Source: Candidatus Woesebacteria bacterium (GTDB taxonomy: Bacteria; Patescibacteriota; Microgenomatia; UBA8517). Taken from it: a DNA stretch of 64,000 nt. A program made the translations under genes and the position numbers. This document shows, in pieces, positions 45,433 through 55,509 of the stretch; the stretch's first letter is position 1; each line of letters opens with the position of its first letter. Below the pieces are notes generated by a model. The model ran no database searches, was not told the DNA's origin, and saw nothing but the letters and a program-made list of their open reading frames with translations. Location of the stretch: contig DMZH01000001.1 of the NCBI GenBank assembly GCA_003484955.1, positions 23,848-87,847 of the forward strand. The letters are read 5' to 3'.

Positions 45433-46399
45433 CGGCTCTATTATGCCATTTTTCGACTATTTTTTCCACACTTTCGGGGTAATCCTTATTAGTTATATCA
45501 AACCATTTTATCCTACCGTCTTTTTTAAACCAGGTTATTTGTCTTTTTACATACTTTTTTTCTTCTTTTTCCCAAGTTTCTATTACTTCCTTTTCCGATT
45601 TTCTCCCTTCAAAGAAATCCCGCCACTCACCATACCCCATTGAGCTCATTGATTGCATCTCCCAATCAACATGATTTTTTAATAAGTTTGCTATTTCGTT
45701 TTTTAGCTTTTCTTTAAATCTCTCCGATACTCTCTGCTCAATTTTGTTGTTTAAATATTTTTCATTTGCGGCAAGCCCTATTTGCAAAACATCAAGATCA
45801 ATCCTTTTGTTTTTCATTTCAGACCCCTTGCTACCATGATTCACCCGCCACATGGCTATCTCTATCGCACGAACTAGACGTCTTGGATTTTTCTTGTCAG
45901 AAACATTCATTACTGCAGCTTTTATTGAATCTATTTGCGCCAGGTTTTCAAAAAGCTCTTCCGGAGACTTATCTTCTAAACTTTTTCTTAAAGCACCGCT
46001 TTTGGGAACCTCTGCCGTGGAAATCCCGTCGATAACTCCTTTTATGTAAAGGCCGGTACCGCCCACCAGTATGGGCAATTTTCCTCTTTTAATTATGTCA
46101 GCAATAATCCTTTCGGCAAATTTTAAATATTGAGACACACTAAAACTGTGTCTTGAATCAGCCAAATCATATCCCCAAATTTTTACGTCCTTAATTTCAT
46201 AATAGCCAAATCTTTTCATCCACAAATATTTAAGTTTTGCGCCTTTTGGTAAATCTTTACCCGTTCCGATATTTAAACCTTTGTAGACCTGGCGGGAGTC
46301 GGCAGAAACTATTTCCCCATTAAATTTTTTAGCAAGAGAAATTGCCAAGCCGGTTTTTCCGGTTGATGTGGGGCCACAAACAACCAATAATTTATTCAT
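45425..46399 (-). CDS. miaA: tRNA dimethylallyltransferase
   Basis: VVCGPTSTGKTGLAISLA is the P-loop. SADSRQVYKGLNIGTGK is present. Confidence 0.85.
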   Translation of the reverse strand: MNKLLVVCGPTSTGKTGLAISLAKKFNGEIVSADSRQVYKGLNIGTGKDLPKGAKLKYLWMKRFGYYEIKDVKIWGYDLADSRHSFSVSQYLKFAERIIADIIKRGKLPILVGGTGLYIKGVIDGISTAEVPKSGALRKSLEDKSPEELFENLAQIDSIKAAVMNVSDKKNPRRLVRAIEIAMWRVNHGSKGSEMKNKRIDLDVLQIGLAANEKYLNNKIEQRVSERFKEKLKNEIANLLKNHVDWEMQSMSSMGYGEWRDFFEGRKSEKEVIETWEKEEKKYVKRQITWFKKDGRIKWFDITNKDYPESVEKIVEKWHNRADA

Positions 46400-46401
46400 T
46401 T

Positions 46402-47199
46402 TTAGCTGCTGGCGCTAGTATACTTTGTAAGAGCAAAATTCCAAAACTTTAGAGAAAGAAGCATCGATAAAATACCGGCCGAAAAAGCTATTATTATTCC
46501 AAGAACACTCGCACTGCCAATCATGGCTTTTACCGGAGTCGTCATCATAATTCCGACAGGTATTAAGTAAGTTAAAAATCCTTTTAGAGGTTCTTTGTAA
46601 ATATCTACAGGAAGTCTTCCTAAATTAGTTAAATCTCTGTAAATCATCACTGCATGGTCGACTTCTGTAGTGACAATTGCAAACGCCAGAATTGCTATAT
46701 GAAAAGCCGTGGCAATCAAAAAACCGTTTATTAATAAAATTAAATAAATCAAGACTCCGGACATCATCGGATGGAGACTCACACCATAAACGATTGTTAA
46801 AACAACAAGCGGTGGAATTGTTATTAAATCAATGACATCAGCCCCTCCCATGAGAACCCGAAAAAGGGCATTAAGCGGCTTCACCAAAACCAAGTCAAAA
46901 TCCCCTTTTATTATCATTGGCCTAAACTTATAAACTTCTCTAAACAAGAACTGTGTTGTTACATCAACCAGACTAAACGTCAAAAAGAAGAAAATAATTT
47001 GGTTGCCGGAATAGCCGGCCAGACTTCCTGTTCCTTTCAAAAGAAAATACAAAAAAAGGAAAAAGAAAATAAACCGAAAAATCTTTCCGACTAAAAACAT
47101 CGAAAGGGCAAGTTTTTGTCCCAATACCGCCGAAAAAGAATTTCTGCTCATCATCCACCAAATCTTAAAATATTTTTTAAACATAATATTAGCCCCCAA
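46402..47199 (-). CDS. ABC-2 family exporter permease, 6-TM type
   Basis: It is a polytopic membrane protein. It pairs with a second similar permease and an ATPase in one operon. Confidence 0.55.
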   Translation of the reverse strand: MGANIMFKKYFKIWWMMSRNSFSAVLGQKLALSMFLVGKIFRFIFFFLFLYFLLKGTGSLAGYSGNQIIFFFLTFSLVDVTTQFLFREVYKFRPMIIKGDFDLVLVKPLNALFRVLMGGADVIDLITIPPLVVLTIVYGVSLHPMMSGVLIYLILLINGFLIATAFHIAILAFAIVTTEVDHAVMIYRDLTNLGRLPVDIYKEPLKGFLTYLIPVGIMMTTPVKAMIGSASVLGIIIAFSAGILSMLLSLKFWNFALTKYTSASS

Positions 47200-47992
47200 A
47201 TGACTGATAGACTTTTAGTCCTTTTTGCCAAACAACATTAAGAAAAACCCATAAAACTCCTACCCAAGACGCGGCAACCATCAAACCCCCAAAAAGAGCC
47301 CAACCGCTAATATTACCCAAATACACCTCAACAGGAAAATAAATCAGATACGGAAAAGGGGTTGCTAAAATTATCGACTGCAAACCCTGGGGCAAAATAT
47401 TTATCGGGAAAAGCGAACCTGATAATGCCTCTACAATTACCACTGTAACCAAGAAATGAGAGCCCCAACCTATCTCCGGAATCCAAAAGGGGATTGAGCT
47501 AAGCAAAAAAAGAATCAGGAAATATATGATAACCGCAAAGATTATGCTTACTAAAAATGCCAAAATTACGGCAATATTTGTTTGAAACAAAAAGGGGGGT
47601 TTTAAAACCAAAAAAAGCAAAATAAATTCTACCGTAGCGAAAATCAAATTTAAAACTTTGCTTGAAATGTCTCTTGTAAACCAGTATTTAAAATAATTCA
47701 CCGGTTTTGTCAGATAATTTGAAAGGTTTCCGCTTGCCACGTCATTTGATACATCCATTGCCCGAGCTGATAGGACCAAAGCTCTAACTATCATTATTCC
47801 AAATACGTAAGTTAAAATTTTTGTTCTGTCGTAGCCAAAAATTTGCTTTGCCGGATCGGAATAAACAGTACTCCAAATAAAGTAGGTAAGAAAAATTTGC
47901 ATGACGTTTCGAATTCTCCAAAGAATGAAATTTAATCTGTAGGTAAATTCCTCCTCAAAGGAAATCTTGAAGATCTGCAAATACTTTCTCAT
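47189..47992 (-). CDS. ABC-2 family exporter permease, second copy
   Basis: Its topology is similar to the downstream permease. It overlaps both neighbours. Confidence 0.55.
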   Translation of the reverse strand: MRKYLQIFKISFEEEFTYRLNFILWRIRNVMQIFLTYFIWSTVYSDPAKQIFGYDRTKILTYVFGIMIVRALVLSARAMDVSNDVASGNLSNYLTKPVNYFKYWFTRDISSKVLNLIFATVEFILLFLVLKPPFLFQTNIAVILAFLVSIIFAVIIYFLILFLLSSIPFWIPEIGWGSHFLVTVVIVEALSGSLFPINILPQGLQSIILATPFPYLIYFPVEVYLGNISGWALFGGLMVAASWVGVLWVFLNVVWQKGLKVYQSFGG

Positions 47993-48975
47993 TTTTTCGG
48001 TTCACTTTTGAATGCTTTTCTGATAATTTCCTCAATCGGGATTTCTTCGATTGTCAGGTCATCAACTGGAAAATTTTGCAAAAGTTCCGAGGCGGCAACA
48101 GCTGCAGCCGAACGCGGAACGGAAAGAACTACTTCAGGAAAAGATAACTTTTTAATTTTTCCGATCTTTTCTAAATTGGAAATGTTATTTTCGTTGGAAA
48201 GGGTCGCCTTAATAATTTTTTCTTTGGCATATTGCATAATCAGATCCTCAAAAGCCCCGTCATAAAGAATTTTTCCGTCATTGATGATGATTACGCGTCT
48301 TGCTAAGTTGATAAGATCACCCATATTGTGGGATGTCAGAAGAACCGTGGCGTTATATTTGCGATTGTAATCGTAGATAAAATCGCGGACTTTTTGCTGG
48401 GCAATGATATCAAGACCAATTGTCGGTTCATCCAAAAATAAAACTTTAGGTTTGTGAATGAGGGCAGCAACCAGTTCCATTCTCATGCGTTGCCCCAAAG
48501 AAAGTTTTCTGACAGGCGTATTGAGAAGTTTCTCGACGTCCAGCAGCTCCGTTAATTCCTTCAGGTTTTCATTATATGAACGCGTCGGAATATCATAAAT
48601 TGCACGGTTCAGTTCAAAGGTTTCTATTGCGGGAAGATCCCACCAAAGCTGGTTTTTCTGCCCCATCACAAGAGAGATTTGTTTTAAAAACTCAGGATTT
48701 CTCTTCCAGGGATCAAATTCCAAAACTTCCACAAAACCGGCTGTCGGATACAAAAGACCTGAAAGTGTTTTTAATGTTGTAGTCTTCCCTGCACCGTTTG
48801 GTCCTATAAAACCAACAAGCTCACCCGGTTGAATTGAAAAAGAAACTCCCTTAAGTGCATTAACTATTTTTTTCTTGGGAGAAATAAGGGATTTAAAAGC
48901 ACCTGTCAGTCCCGGTTCCCTTTCCGTAACTTCAAAATCTTTTACTAAACCATCGACAATTATGGCTCTATCCAT
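47989..48975 (-). CDS. ABC transporter ATP-binding protein with a C-terminal extension
   Basis: Walker A is GPNGAGKTT, the signature is LSLGQRMR and Walker B is LFLDEPTIGLD. Confidence 0.85.
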   Translation of the reverse strand: MDRAIIVDGLVKDFEVTEREPGLTGAFKSLISPKKKIVNALKGVSFSIQPGELVGFIGPNGAGKTTTLKTLSGLLYPTAGFVEVLEFDPWKRNPEFLKQISLVMGQKNQLWWDLPAIETFELNRAIYDIPTRSYNENLKELTELLDVEKLLNTPVRKLSLGQRMRMELVAALIHKPKVLFLDEPTIGLDIIAQQKVRDFIYDYNRKYNATVLLTSHNMGDLINLARRVIIINDGKILYDGAFEDLIMQYAKEKIIKATLSNENNISNLEKIGKIKKLSFPEVVLSVPRSAAAVAASELLQNFPVDDLTIEEIPIEEIIRKAFKSEPKK

Positions 48976-49012
48976 AGCTAGAGTATACCATCGAATAATT
49001 ATAAATTAATAA

Positions 49013-49288
49013 TTATCGGGAGACTTGTCTTTTGAGTTTTTTACCCGGAGTAAATCTCGGAAGTCTGTGGGTCTTGATCGTAACCAACTTTTCTGTTTTT
49101 GGAATTTTAACGGTTTTACCTTTCATCGAAATCACCCTAAAAGTTCCAAATCCGGAAAGAACAACTTTTTCGCCTTTACTAAGAACTCTGCCAACCTCAT
49201 CCAAAAAAACATCAATTGCCTCTTCTGCCGCTTTTTTGGTTAGGTGTGCCTTTCTGGCAACCTGGTCAAGAAGTTCTGCTTTTGTCAT
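49013..49288 (-). CDS. hup: DNA-binding protein HU
   Basis: MTKAELLDQVA...GFGTF...RLPRFTPGKKLK matches the HU/IHF fold signature. Confidence 0.85.
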   Translation of the reverse strand: MTKAELLDQVARKAHLTKKAAEEAIDVFLDEVGRVLSKGEKVVLSGFGTFRVISMKGKTVKIPKTEKLVTIKTHRLPRFTPGKKLKRQVSR

Positions 49289-49336
49289 ATTGCCTCAAGA
49301 ATACGGCAAGATTTATAAAATGTCAAGAAAAACAAT

Positions 49337-50500
49337 TTATTTTGCTGAAGTTGTTTCTGTGGCTCTGACTTCGCGGATAACGGAAACTTTGATTTGTCCC
49401 GCGTATTCTGCTTCTTTTTCCAGCTTTCTGGCAATGTCATGCGCCAATACGGTTAGTTTATCGTCATCGACCTCATCCGGATTAACAATTACACGGACAT
49501 CACGACCCGCTTGAAATGCAAAGGCAACATCCACTCCGGGAAAACCTTTCGCAACATCCTCTATCGTACTCATTCTTTTAACATAATCTTCGTGCGGCTC
49601 GTAGCGGGCACCGGGCCTGCTTCCGGAAATGGCGTCCGCCATCCAAACAATTACACTTTCATTGCTGGAAAAAGGCCTGTCTTCATGATGTTCCGCCACA
49701 CAAGCTATGACTTCTTTGGGAATTCCATATTTTTTAAGCAAATTCACACCAAGTTCAATATGGTTTCCTTCTTCATTTGTAATCACTTTCCCAATATCGT
49801 GGAGTAAACATCCAAGTCTTACCACATCTGCATTTGCCCCGATTTCATTTGCAATAGCAACTCCCATTCTGGTTTCTTCAATAGTGTGAATTCCGAGATT
49901 TTGACCATAGGAAGTTCTAAACCTGAAACGGCCAATCATGCGCATAAGTTCGACGGATAAATTGTAAACACCACATTCGTGAGTAACCTTCTTTCCCTCC
50001 TCAAGAAGGACATCCTCCATTTCGGTTTTCACTTGACGTATTACTTCTTCAATCCTTGACGGCTGAATTCGGGCATCTTTAATTAAAATATCCAGAGCTC
50101 GCCTGGCAATTTCGCGTCTTACAGAGTCAAACGATGAAAGTCTGATTTCGTCTGTTTCGTCGATTTCAATTTCAACCCCGGCTTCTTTTTCAAAAGTTCT
50201 AATGTTCCTACCCCCGGCACCGATGATTCTGCCCTTAACATCCTCGTTGGGAACTTTTACCGAAGAAACTGTGTACTCAGCTGTATATTCGGTTGCCCCA
50301 TGCTTCATGGCATCTATTAGGATTTCTTCCGCTTTGTCGTGAGCTTCTTCCTTAATTTTCTCTTCGGCAGCCCTAATTTTCTTGGCAATTTCACCGGTTA
50401 AGTCTTTTTGAACTTCATCAAGGAGGACTCTTTTAGCCTCATCAGGGGTCATTTTTGCAACCTTGCTTAATTTATCAATATATTCGTCACGCGTATTCAT
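49337..50500 (-). CDS. rny: Ribonuclease Y-like (KH + HD domains, no N-terminal TM)
   Basis: The KH region reads IIGAGGRNIRTFE. HD motifs are LLHDIGKV...HH. At 387 aa it is shorter than canonical RNase Y. Confidence 0.75.
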   Translation of the reverse strand: MNTRDEYIDKLSKVAKMTPDEAKRVLLDEVQKDLTGEIAKKIRAAEEKIKEEAHDKAEEILIDAMKHGATEYTAEYTVSSVKVPNEDVKGRIIGAGGRNIRTFEKEAGVEIEIDETDEIRLSSFDSVRREIARRALDILIKDARIQPSRIEEVIRQVKTEMEDVLLEEGKKVTHECGVYNLSVELMRMIGRFRFRTSYGQNLGIHTIEETRMGVAIANEIGANADVVRLGCLLHDIGKVITNEEGNHIELGVNLLKKYGIPKEVIACVAEHHEDRPFSSNESVIVWMADAISGSRPGARYEPHEDYVKRMSTIEDVAKGFPGVDVAFAFQAGRDVRVIVNPDEVDDDKLTVLAHDIARKLEKEAEYAGQIKVSVIREVRATETTSAK

Positions 50501-50606
50501 AATTTAATTTGAGCCAAAGAAGAAATAGTCTTTAGATAAGACCTGCGGCAAAAGAAGCTGAAATTTGAGTATCCTTTACCATATTCTTTGACTCTTAAGG
50601 TATATT

Positions 50607-51218
50607 CTACCTTTTTATGACCACTTTTTCAATAATGTCCCAACTAAACCCCTTTCCTGCCAAATATTGAAACTTTTTTTGTTTGGCAACTTTTGGATCC
50701 AGGTTGTCCCATTTATAGGCTCTTTTTTCCAAAAGCTCTCTGGCCATTTTTTCCTCATCAATCGGAGTTTTTTCTAGTACATCATCGATGATATTTTTAC
50801 TTATACCCTTACTACCGAGTTCAAGTTTCAACACCCTTGTAGAAATTTTTTTGAAGGCGAGGCGCTGATCCACCCACCATTTAGTAAATTTTGCATCGTC
50901 CAAAAGCTCAAAATGCTTCAACTTGTCAAAAAGATCTTTCCAGAGACTTTCATGAACTTTTTTCTTTTTCAGGTAGTCGTTTATTTCTTTTTCGCTTCTG
51001 GGCCTGATCATCGTAAATCTGAGAAGTCTGTCCAGGGTTTTTTGAAATTCAGCTTTCCTGACTATTTTTTTAACTTCATCGTCGGTCAACTCCGCGCCTA
51101 TTTTAATATTAGATAAAACAAGATTATCAAGATCAATTCCGAAACTGAAGACTCCGTCAAGATAGACGTTGACTCTTTTGCCGTTTTTTTGAGGCTTAAG
51201 CAGGGTAACGGTTGGCAT
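50607..51218 (-). CDS. recX: Recombination regulator RecX
   Basis: It shows the three-helical-repeat RecX pattern and lies immediately downstream of recA. Confidence 0.7.
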   Translation of the reverse strand: MPTVTLLKPQKNGKRVNVYLDGVFSFGIDLDNLVLSNIKIGAELTDDEVKKIVRKAEFQKTLDRLLRFTMIRPRSEKEINDYLKKKKVHESLWKDLFDKLKHFELLDDAKFTKWWVDQRLAFKKISTRVLKLELGSKGISKNIIDDVLEKTPIDEEKMARELLEKRAYKWDNLDPKVAKQKKFQYLAGKGFSWDIIEKVVIKR

Positions 51219-51229
51219 ATGCCGAAAGA

Positions 51230-52312
51230 TCAGTCTTCCTTTTCTTCTCCAATTTCTTTTGGAAGTTTTTTCCCTGAAGCTACCATATCGCGGATTTTTT
51301 TGTCGATTTCGTCTGCAATCTTGGGGTTATCTCTCAAATAAAGTTTGGCGGCTTCCTTACCTTGAGCTATGGGTTTGTCTTCATAATTAAAGAATGAACC
51401 GCTTTTACCGATAAGCCCAAGTTCAAGTCCCACATCCAAAATTCCTCCGCCTCTACTGATTCCTTCAGACTCCATTATGTCAAACTCGGCAACGCGAAGC
51501 GGGGGTGCGACTTTGTTTTTGACAATGCGGGCACGATGTCTTGAACCGATCACTTTCTCCCCGTCTTTAAGGACCTCTATTCTTCTAAGATCGATTCTCA
51601 CGGATGAGTAGAATTTAAGAGCTAATCCTCCCGGAGTTGTTTCCGGATTACCAAACATAACTCCGATTTTTTGTCTAAGCTGGTTGGTAAATATTAGAAC
51701 GGTTTTACTTTTGGAAATTGCTCCGGTTAGTTTTCTTAACGCTTGAGACATAAGGCGCGCCTGCATTCCCATGACAGCATCTCCCATTTCCCCTTCAAGT
51801 TCCGCCCTCGGTACAAGGGCTGCAACAGAATCAACTACCACAACATCAATTGCACCGGATCTGATTAAAGTTTCCGTAATTTCCAAAGCCTGCTCACCCG
51901 TGTCGGGTTGGGACATAAGAAGGTTGTCAAGGTCGACTCCAAGGATCTCGGCACGGACAGGGTCAAGCGCGTGCTCGGCATCTACAAACGCACACTGTCC
52001 ACCGTGCTTCTGAGCCTCAGCAACAACAGAAAGGGCTAGAGTGGTCTTCCCTGAGGCTTCAGGACCGTAGATTTCGACTATACGGCCTCTGGGAAGCCCT
52101 CCAACACCCAGTGCCAAATCGACCGCCAATGAACCCGTGGAAATCACATCAATCTTGTATTTTTCGCCGGAATCCCCACCCAAACGCATAATGGATCCTT
52201 TTCCATATTGTTTTTCAATCTGGTCCATCGCAAGCCTTATCGCTTGAAGTTTTGCGGAGCTTCCTTCCTGCTTAACCGGAGCTTCAATTTCAGGTTTTTT
52301 TGATTTTGGCAT
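51230..52312 (-). CDS. recA: Recombinase RecA
   Basis: GPEASGKTT is Walker [15 protein letters not shown] and loops L1/L2 are conserved. Confidence 0.95.
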   Translation of the reverse strand: MPKSKKPEIEAPVKQEGSSAKLQAIRLAMDQIEKQYGKGSIMRLGGDSGEKYKIDVISTGSLAVDLALGVGGLPRGRIVEIYGPEASGKTTLALSVVAEAQKHGGQCAFVDAEHALDPVRAEILGVDLDNLLMSQPDTGEQALEITETLIRSGAIDVVVVDSVAALVPRAELEGEMGDAVMGMQARLMSQALRKLTGAISKSKTVLIFTNQLRQKIGVMFGNPETTPGGLALKFYSSVRIDLRRIEVLKDGEKVIGSRHRARIVKNKVAPPLRVAEFDIMESEGISRGGGILDVGLELGLIGKSGSFFNYEDKPIAQGKEAAKLYLRDNPKIADEIDKKIRDMVASGKKLPKEIGEEKED

Positions 52313-52369
52313 TGTCTCTATCTTTTACAACGGCGGTTAAAATAATTCAATGGGGAAAATTGATTCTAG

Positions 52370-52440
52370 TCGGGGTGCTCGGAATTGGACCGAGTTCAGA
52401 CGCACCCCATGCGCCTATTCTACCGGTGAACTACACCCCG
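52370..52440 (-). tRNA. tRNA-Pro (anticodon GGG) with a noncanonical T-loop
   Basis: Minus-strand fold: acceptor CGGGGTG/CACCCCG; T8 A9; D-arm GTTC-ACCGGTA-GAAT with A14, G18, G19, A21; anticodon stem GGCGC/GCGTC; loop aTGGGGt with anticodon GGG and G37; T-arm CTCGG-TCCAATT-CCGAG. Position 55 is C rather than T. No CCA is encoded. Confidence 0.55.
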
Positions 52441-52560
52441 TAATTCAAAGCCATTTTACCACGAGGTATTAAAAATACCGAGAGGCAAGCCGTGTTTAGT
52501 ATAGAAGCTTATCTTTTTTGGGGATCATCCTTCGACAGCGCTCAGAATTTCAACTGTTTT

Positions 52561-52971
52561 TTAACGCTTCGGACTTTGCTTGGCGCGTCTGGCTTTTCCG
52601 CCCTTACCAACCATCCTTCTTTGTCTCTCCCTGGAGTCTCTGGTTAAAAGATTCAATTTCTTCAAAATAATTTTATTTTTATCAGGCGCAACTTTTACAA
52701 GACCTCTGGAAATTCCCAAAGTAAGGGCATTCAGCTGTCCTTCTTTTCCGCCCCCTGCAACCTTTGCCGAAAAATAATATTTGTCGGATGTCTCTGTAGC
52801 TCCAAATGGTTTGGCAATTACTTTTGCATTGAGCTCTCCCGGAAAATACTTTGAGGCGGGCATTCCATTGACTGTGTTTTCCCCTTTTCCACGATAGAGC
52901 CTGATGCGGGCGGAGCTTTCTTTCCTTCTCCCGATTGCAAATATATAATCAATTTTTTTAATTTTTGTCAT
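52561..52971 (-). CDS. rpsI: 30S ribosomal protein S9
   Basis: A conserved GGG..GQ core and a basic C-terminus ending SPKR are present. Confidence 0.9.
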   Translation of the reverse strand: MTKIKKIDYIFAIGRRKESSARIRLYRGKGENTVNGMPASKYFPGELNAKVIAKPFGATETSDKYYFSAKVAGGGKEGQLNALTLGISRGLVKVAPDKNKIILKKLNLLTRDSRERQRRMVGKGGKARRAKQSPKR

Positions 52972-52973
52972 TT

Positions 52974-53414
52974 TTACGACAAAGTCGAAACTTTGTTTTC
53001 TTTCTTAAATTCTGCCTCATATGGATTTTTATCTCCGACTACTACTTTAAGTCTCAACATCCTGTCACTTTTTAAACGATTATCGGGAATCATGCCGGAA
53101 ACCGCGTGCTCGATTATTCTTTCGGGATGTGATCTCATTACCATGTCATAAGATTTTTCTTTAAATCCTGAAGGATAACCCGAGTGGGTCCTGTAAACTT
53201 TCTGTGATGCTTTCCTGCCGGAAACCATTATTTTTTCTGCATTAATTACAACAACATAATCCCCCGTATCCATATGGCGGCTAAATGTTGTTTTCCCCTT
53301 ACCGGTCAAAAATTCTGCAACTTTGGTTGCAAGTCTTCCCAGGATTTCGTCTTTGGCATCAACTAAGTGCCATTTTCTTTTAATATCTTTTGGTGTTGGT
53401 TGAAATGTTTTCAT
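52974..53414 (-). CDS. rplM: 50S ribosomal protein L13
   Basis: KRKWHLVDAKDEILGRLAT is the N-terminal signature of L13. Confidence 0.9.
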   Translation of the reverse strand: MKTFQPTPKDIKRKWHLVDAKDEILGRLATKVAEFLTGKGKTTFSRHMDTGDYVVVINAEKIMVSGRKASQKVYRTHSGYPSGFKEKSYDMVMRSHPERIIEHAVSGMIPDNRLKSDRMLRLKVVVGDKNPYEAEFKKENKVSTLS

Positions 53415-53872
53415 TTTTCTCCTTTTTTGATAACTTTTTTAATTTCTTTCTTTTCTTCTTTTTTTATTGTTTTTTTAGACTTTTTTTCCTCTTTTACTTT
53501 TGTGTCATACTCAATTTTCTCCGTCCACTCCAATCTTACCATTTGTGCGTTGTCACCAACTCTCCTTGGAAGAGAAATAGACCTTACAAAACCTGAGCTT
53601 TTCTCGGAAAAAGCTTTGGCGATGTTTTTAAAAAGAACTTCAGTTGCTTCTCTTTTGTTGTCCAACTTTCCCAAAACCTTTCTCCTCGATGCAAGACCTC
53701 CCTTTTTAGAAAGGGTTACCATTTTTTCCACACTCCCTATAACCGCCTTTGCTTTTGCGCGAGTGGTTACTATTTTCCCATTCATGATCAATGCCTTCGC
53801 TAAAGAGGCAAACAGGGCTTCTCTAGCCGGACGGGATCGGGAAAGTTTTCTTCCGAACACTTTCTTGTTCAT
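53411..53872 (-). CDS. rplQ: 50S ribosomal protein L17 with a Lys/Glu-rich C-terminal extension
   Basis: GRKLSRSRPAREAL...TTRAKAKA is the L17 core. It is followed by KEEKKSKKTIKKEEKK. Confidence 0.85.
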   Translation of the reverse strand: MNKKVFGRKLSRSRPAREALFASLAKALIMNGKIVTTRAKAKAVIGSVEKMVTLSKKGGLASRRKVLGKLDNKREATEVLFKNIAKAFSEKSSGFVRSISLPRRVGDNAQMVRLEWTEKIEYDTKVKEEKKSKKTIKKEEKKEIKKVIKKGEK

Positions 53873-53877
53873 AGGTT

Positions 53878-54795
53878 TTACTTAATTGCGAGGAACTCGA
53901 CACCTTTTGTTCCGAGTGCTGCAGCTACAATTTTGAGGGATTTTTCACCGAGGTTTCTGACTTTTACCAAATCTTCTTTCTTTGCATGGGCAAGCTGTTC
54001 AACTGTTTCAAAACCTGCCTTAATCAAAGCATTGGCTACTCTTGTTGGAAGTCCAATCTCTTCAACTGAAAGTTTACCGGTGAGTCCCAACTCATCCTTG
54101 GGGGCTTCTTCTTGTTTTTCTACTACTTTAGGGTTAACGATTTGGGCAAAGTAACTCATTAATGTTTTTGCCGAATCCGTAATTGCACTGCTGGCTTCAA
54201 TTGTCCCATCGGTCCAAATTTCCAAAATAAGCTTGTCGTAATTTGTCAGTCTGCCGACGCGGGTTTCTTCAATTTTATAACTTACTCTTTTTACGGGTGA
54301 AAAAGATGCGTCAACCGGAATAAGGCCGATTGTGTCAGATGGCCTGTCCTCTGCAGGCGAAAAACCAGTACCGCTTTCAATTGTTATTTCGGCCGAAAGT
54401 TTTGATCCTTTATTGAGAGTGCCTAAAACAAGATCGGGGTTTGCAACTTCGATTCCCCCGCCAACTTTAATTTCCTTGGCTGTGAATTCACCGGCTTTGT
54501 TCACTTCCAAAGTTGCCTTAACTGATTTATCCGTACTTCCCGAGAATCTGACTTTTTTGAGGTTAAGGATGAATTCGACCGTATCTTCCTTCATTCCCGA
54601 CAAAGTAGAAAATTGATGCTTAACGCCGGCAATTTTAACGGAGGTAACAGCCATACCCTGAAGAGATACCAAAAGAACCCTTCTTAATGCATTACCGATA
54701 GTAAGCCCATATCCCTGTTCGAGGGGGGTGATGGCAAATCTGCCGTAATTGGTTTCTTTCTTTTCTTCCTTTATTTCAAAAGTTGGCTCGTTCAT
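53878..54795 (-). CDS. rpoA: DNA-directed RNA polymerase subunit alpha
   Basis: The N-terminal domain has GYGLTIGNALRRVLL. The C-terminal domain has the LGLPTRVANAL helix-hairpin-helix. Confidence 0.9.
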   Translation of the reverse strand: MNEPTFEIKEEKKETNYGRFAITPLEQGYGLTIGNALRRVLLVSLQGMAVTSVKIAGVKHQFSTLSGMKEDTVEFILNLKKVRFSGSTDKSVKATLEVNKAGEFTAKEIKVGGGIEVANPDLVLGTLNKGSKLSAEITIESGTGFSPAEDRPSDTIGLIPVDASFSPVKRVSYKIEETRVGRLTNYDKLILEIWTDGTIEASSAITDSAKTLMSYFAQIVNPKVVEKQEEAPKDELGLTGKLSVEEIGLPTRVANALIKAGFETVEQLAHAKKEDLVKVRNLGEKSLKIVAAALGTKGVEFLAIK

Positions 54796-54896
54796 ATTTA
54801 TTGTTATAACGAATGTAGGTATTATATCCTACCCTCAAGCTGATTTCAACACGATCTTCCCGGACTGGGAATGGAATACTAACCCATCTCCCTGTA

Positions 54897-55496
54897 TTAC
54901 CTCGAGTAGAACTCAACAATATCCTGCTCGCTTACTGACTCAGTTATATCCTCACGCTTCGGGTACGATGAAACTTTGCCGACAAGTGCTTTTCTTTCAA
55001 GCCAGGATGGGATTTTTAGGTCTTTTTGATCAAAAGCATTTTTAACCTCAGGTATATTTGAAGCTTTGGCATCTAGTGTAACTACATCTCCAATTTTCAA
55101 ACTAAATGAGGGTATGTTTACTTTCTGGCCATTCACTAAAATGTGCCTATGAGAAACGATTTGTCTGGCTGCCGGCCTGCTAGGAGCAAAGCCCAGTCTA
55201 AAAACGGCATTATCAAGACGTCTTTCAAGGCTAACCAAGAGTGCCTCCCCGGTATTTCCTCTGGATTTGGAGGCTTCATCAACGTATCTCCTAAACTGCT
55301 TCTCCAAGATGCCATAAATTCTCTTAACTTTTTGTTTCTCACGAAGCTGTTTACCATACTGAGAAGAGCCCCCCGTCCCCTTTGGTCCATGGACTCCAGG
55401 GGGAACATTAAGTCTGGTTAACTTTGCGCCTGCACTGAAAATGTCAAATGCTTCGCGCCTGCTCAATCTGTCTTTTGGTCCGACGTATTTTGCCAT
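54897..55496 (-). CDS. rpsD: 30S ribosomal protein S4
   Basis: MAKYVGPKDRLSRREA opens the protein. An S4 domain (RLDN) is present. Confidence 0.9.
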   Translation of the reverse strand: MAKYVGPKDRLSRREAFDIFSAGAKLTRLNVPPGVHGPKGTGGSSQYGKQLREKQKVKRIYGILEKQFRRYVDEASKSRGNTGEALLVSLERRLDNAVFRLGFAPSRPAARQIVSHRHILVNGQKVNIPSFSLKIGDVVTLDAKASNIPEVKNAFDQKDLKIPSWLERKALVGKVSSYPKREDITESVSEQDIVEFYSR

Positions 55497-55509
55497 ATAT
55501 TTTTAAATT

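Noticed and set aside
52441-52560. The hairpin GGTATTaaaAATACC between rpsI and the tRNA was considered as a terminator.
   Set aside because: There is no T-run on either strand after the stem. It is more likely part of the tRNA or recA promoter region, or a processing site.
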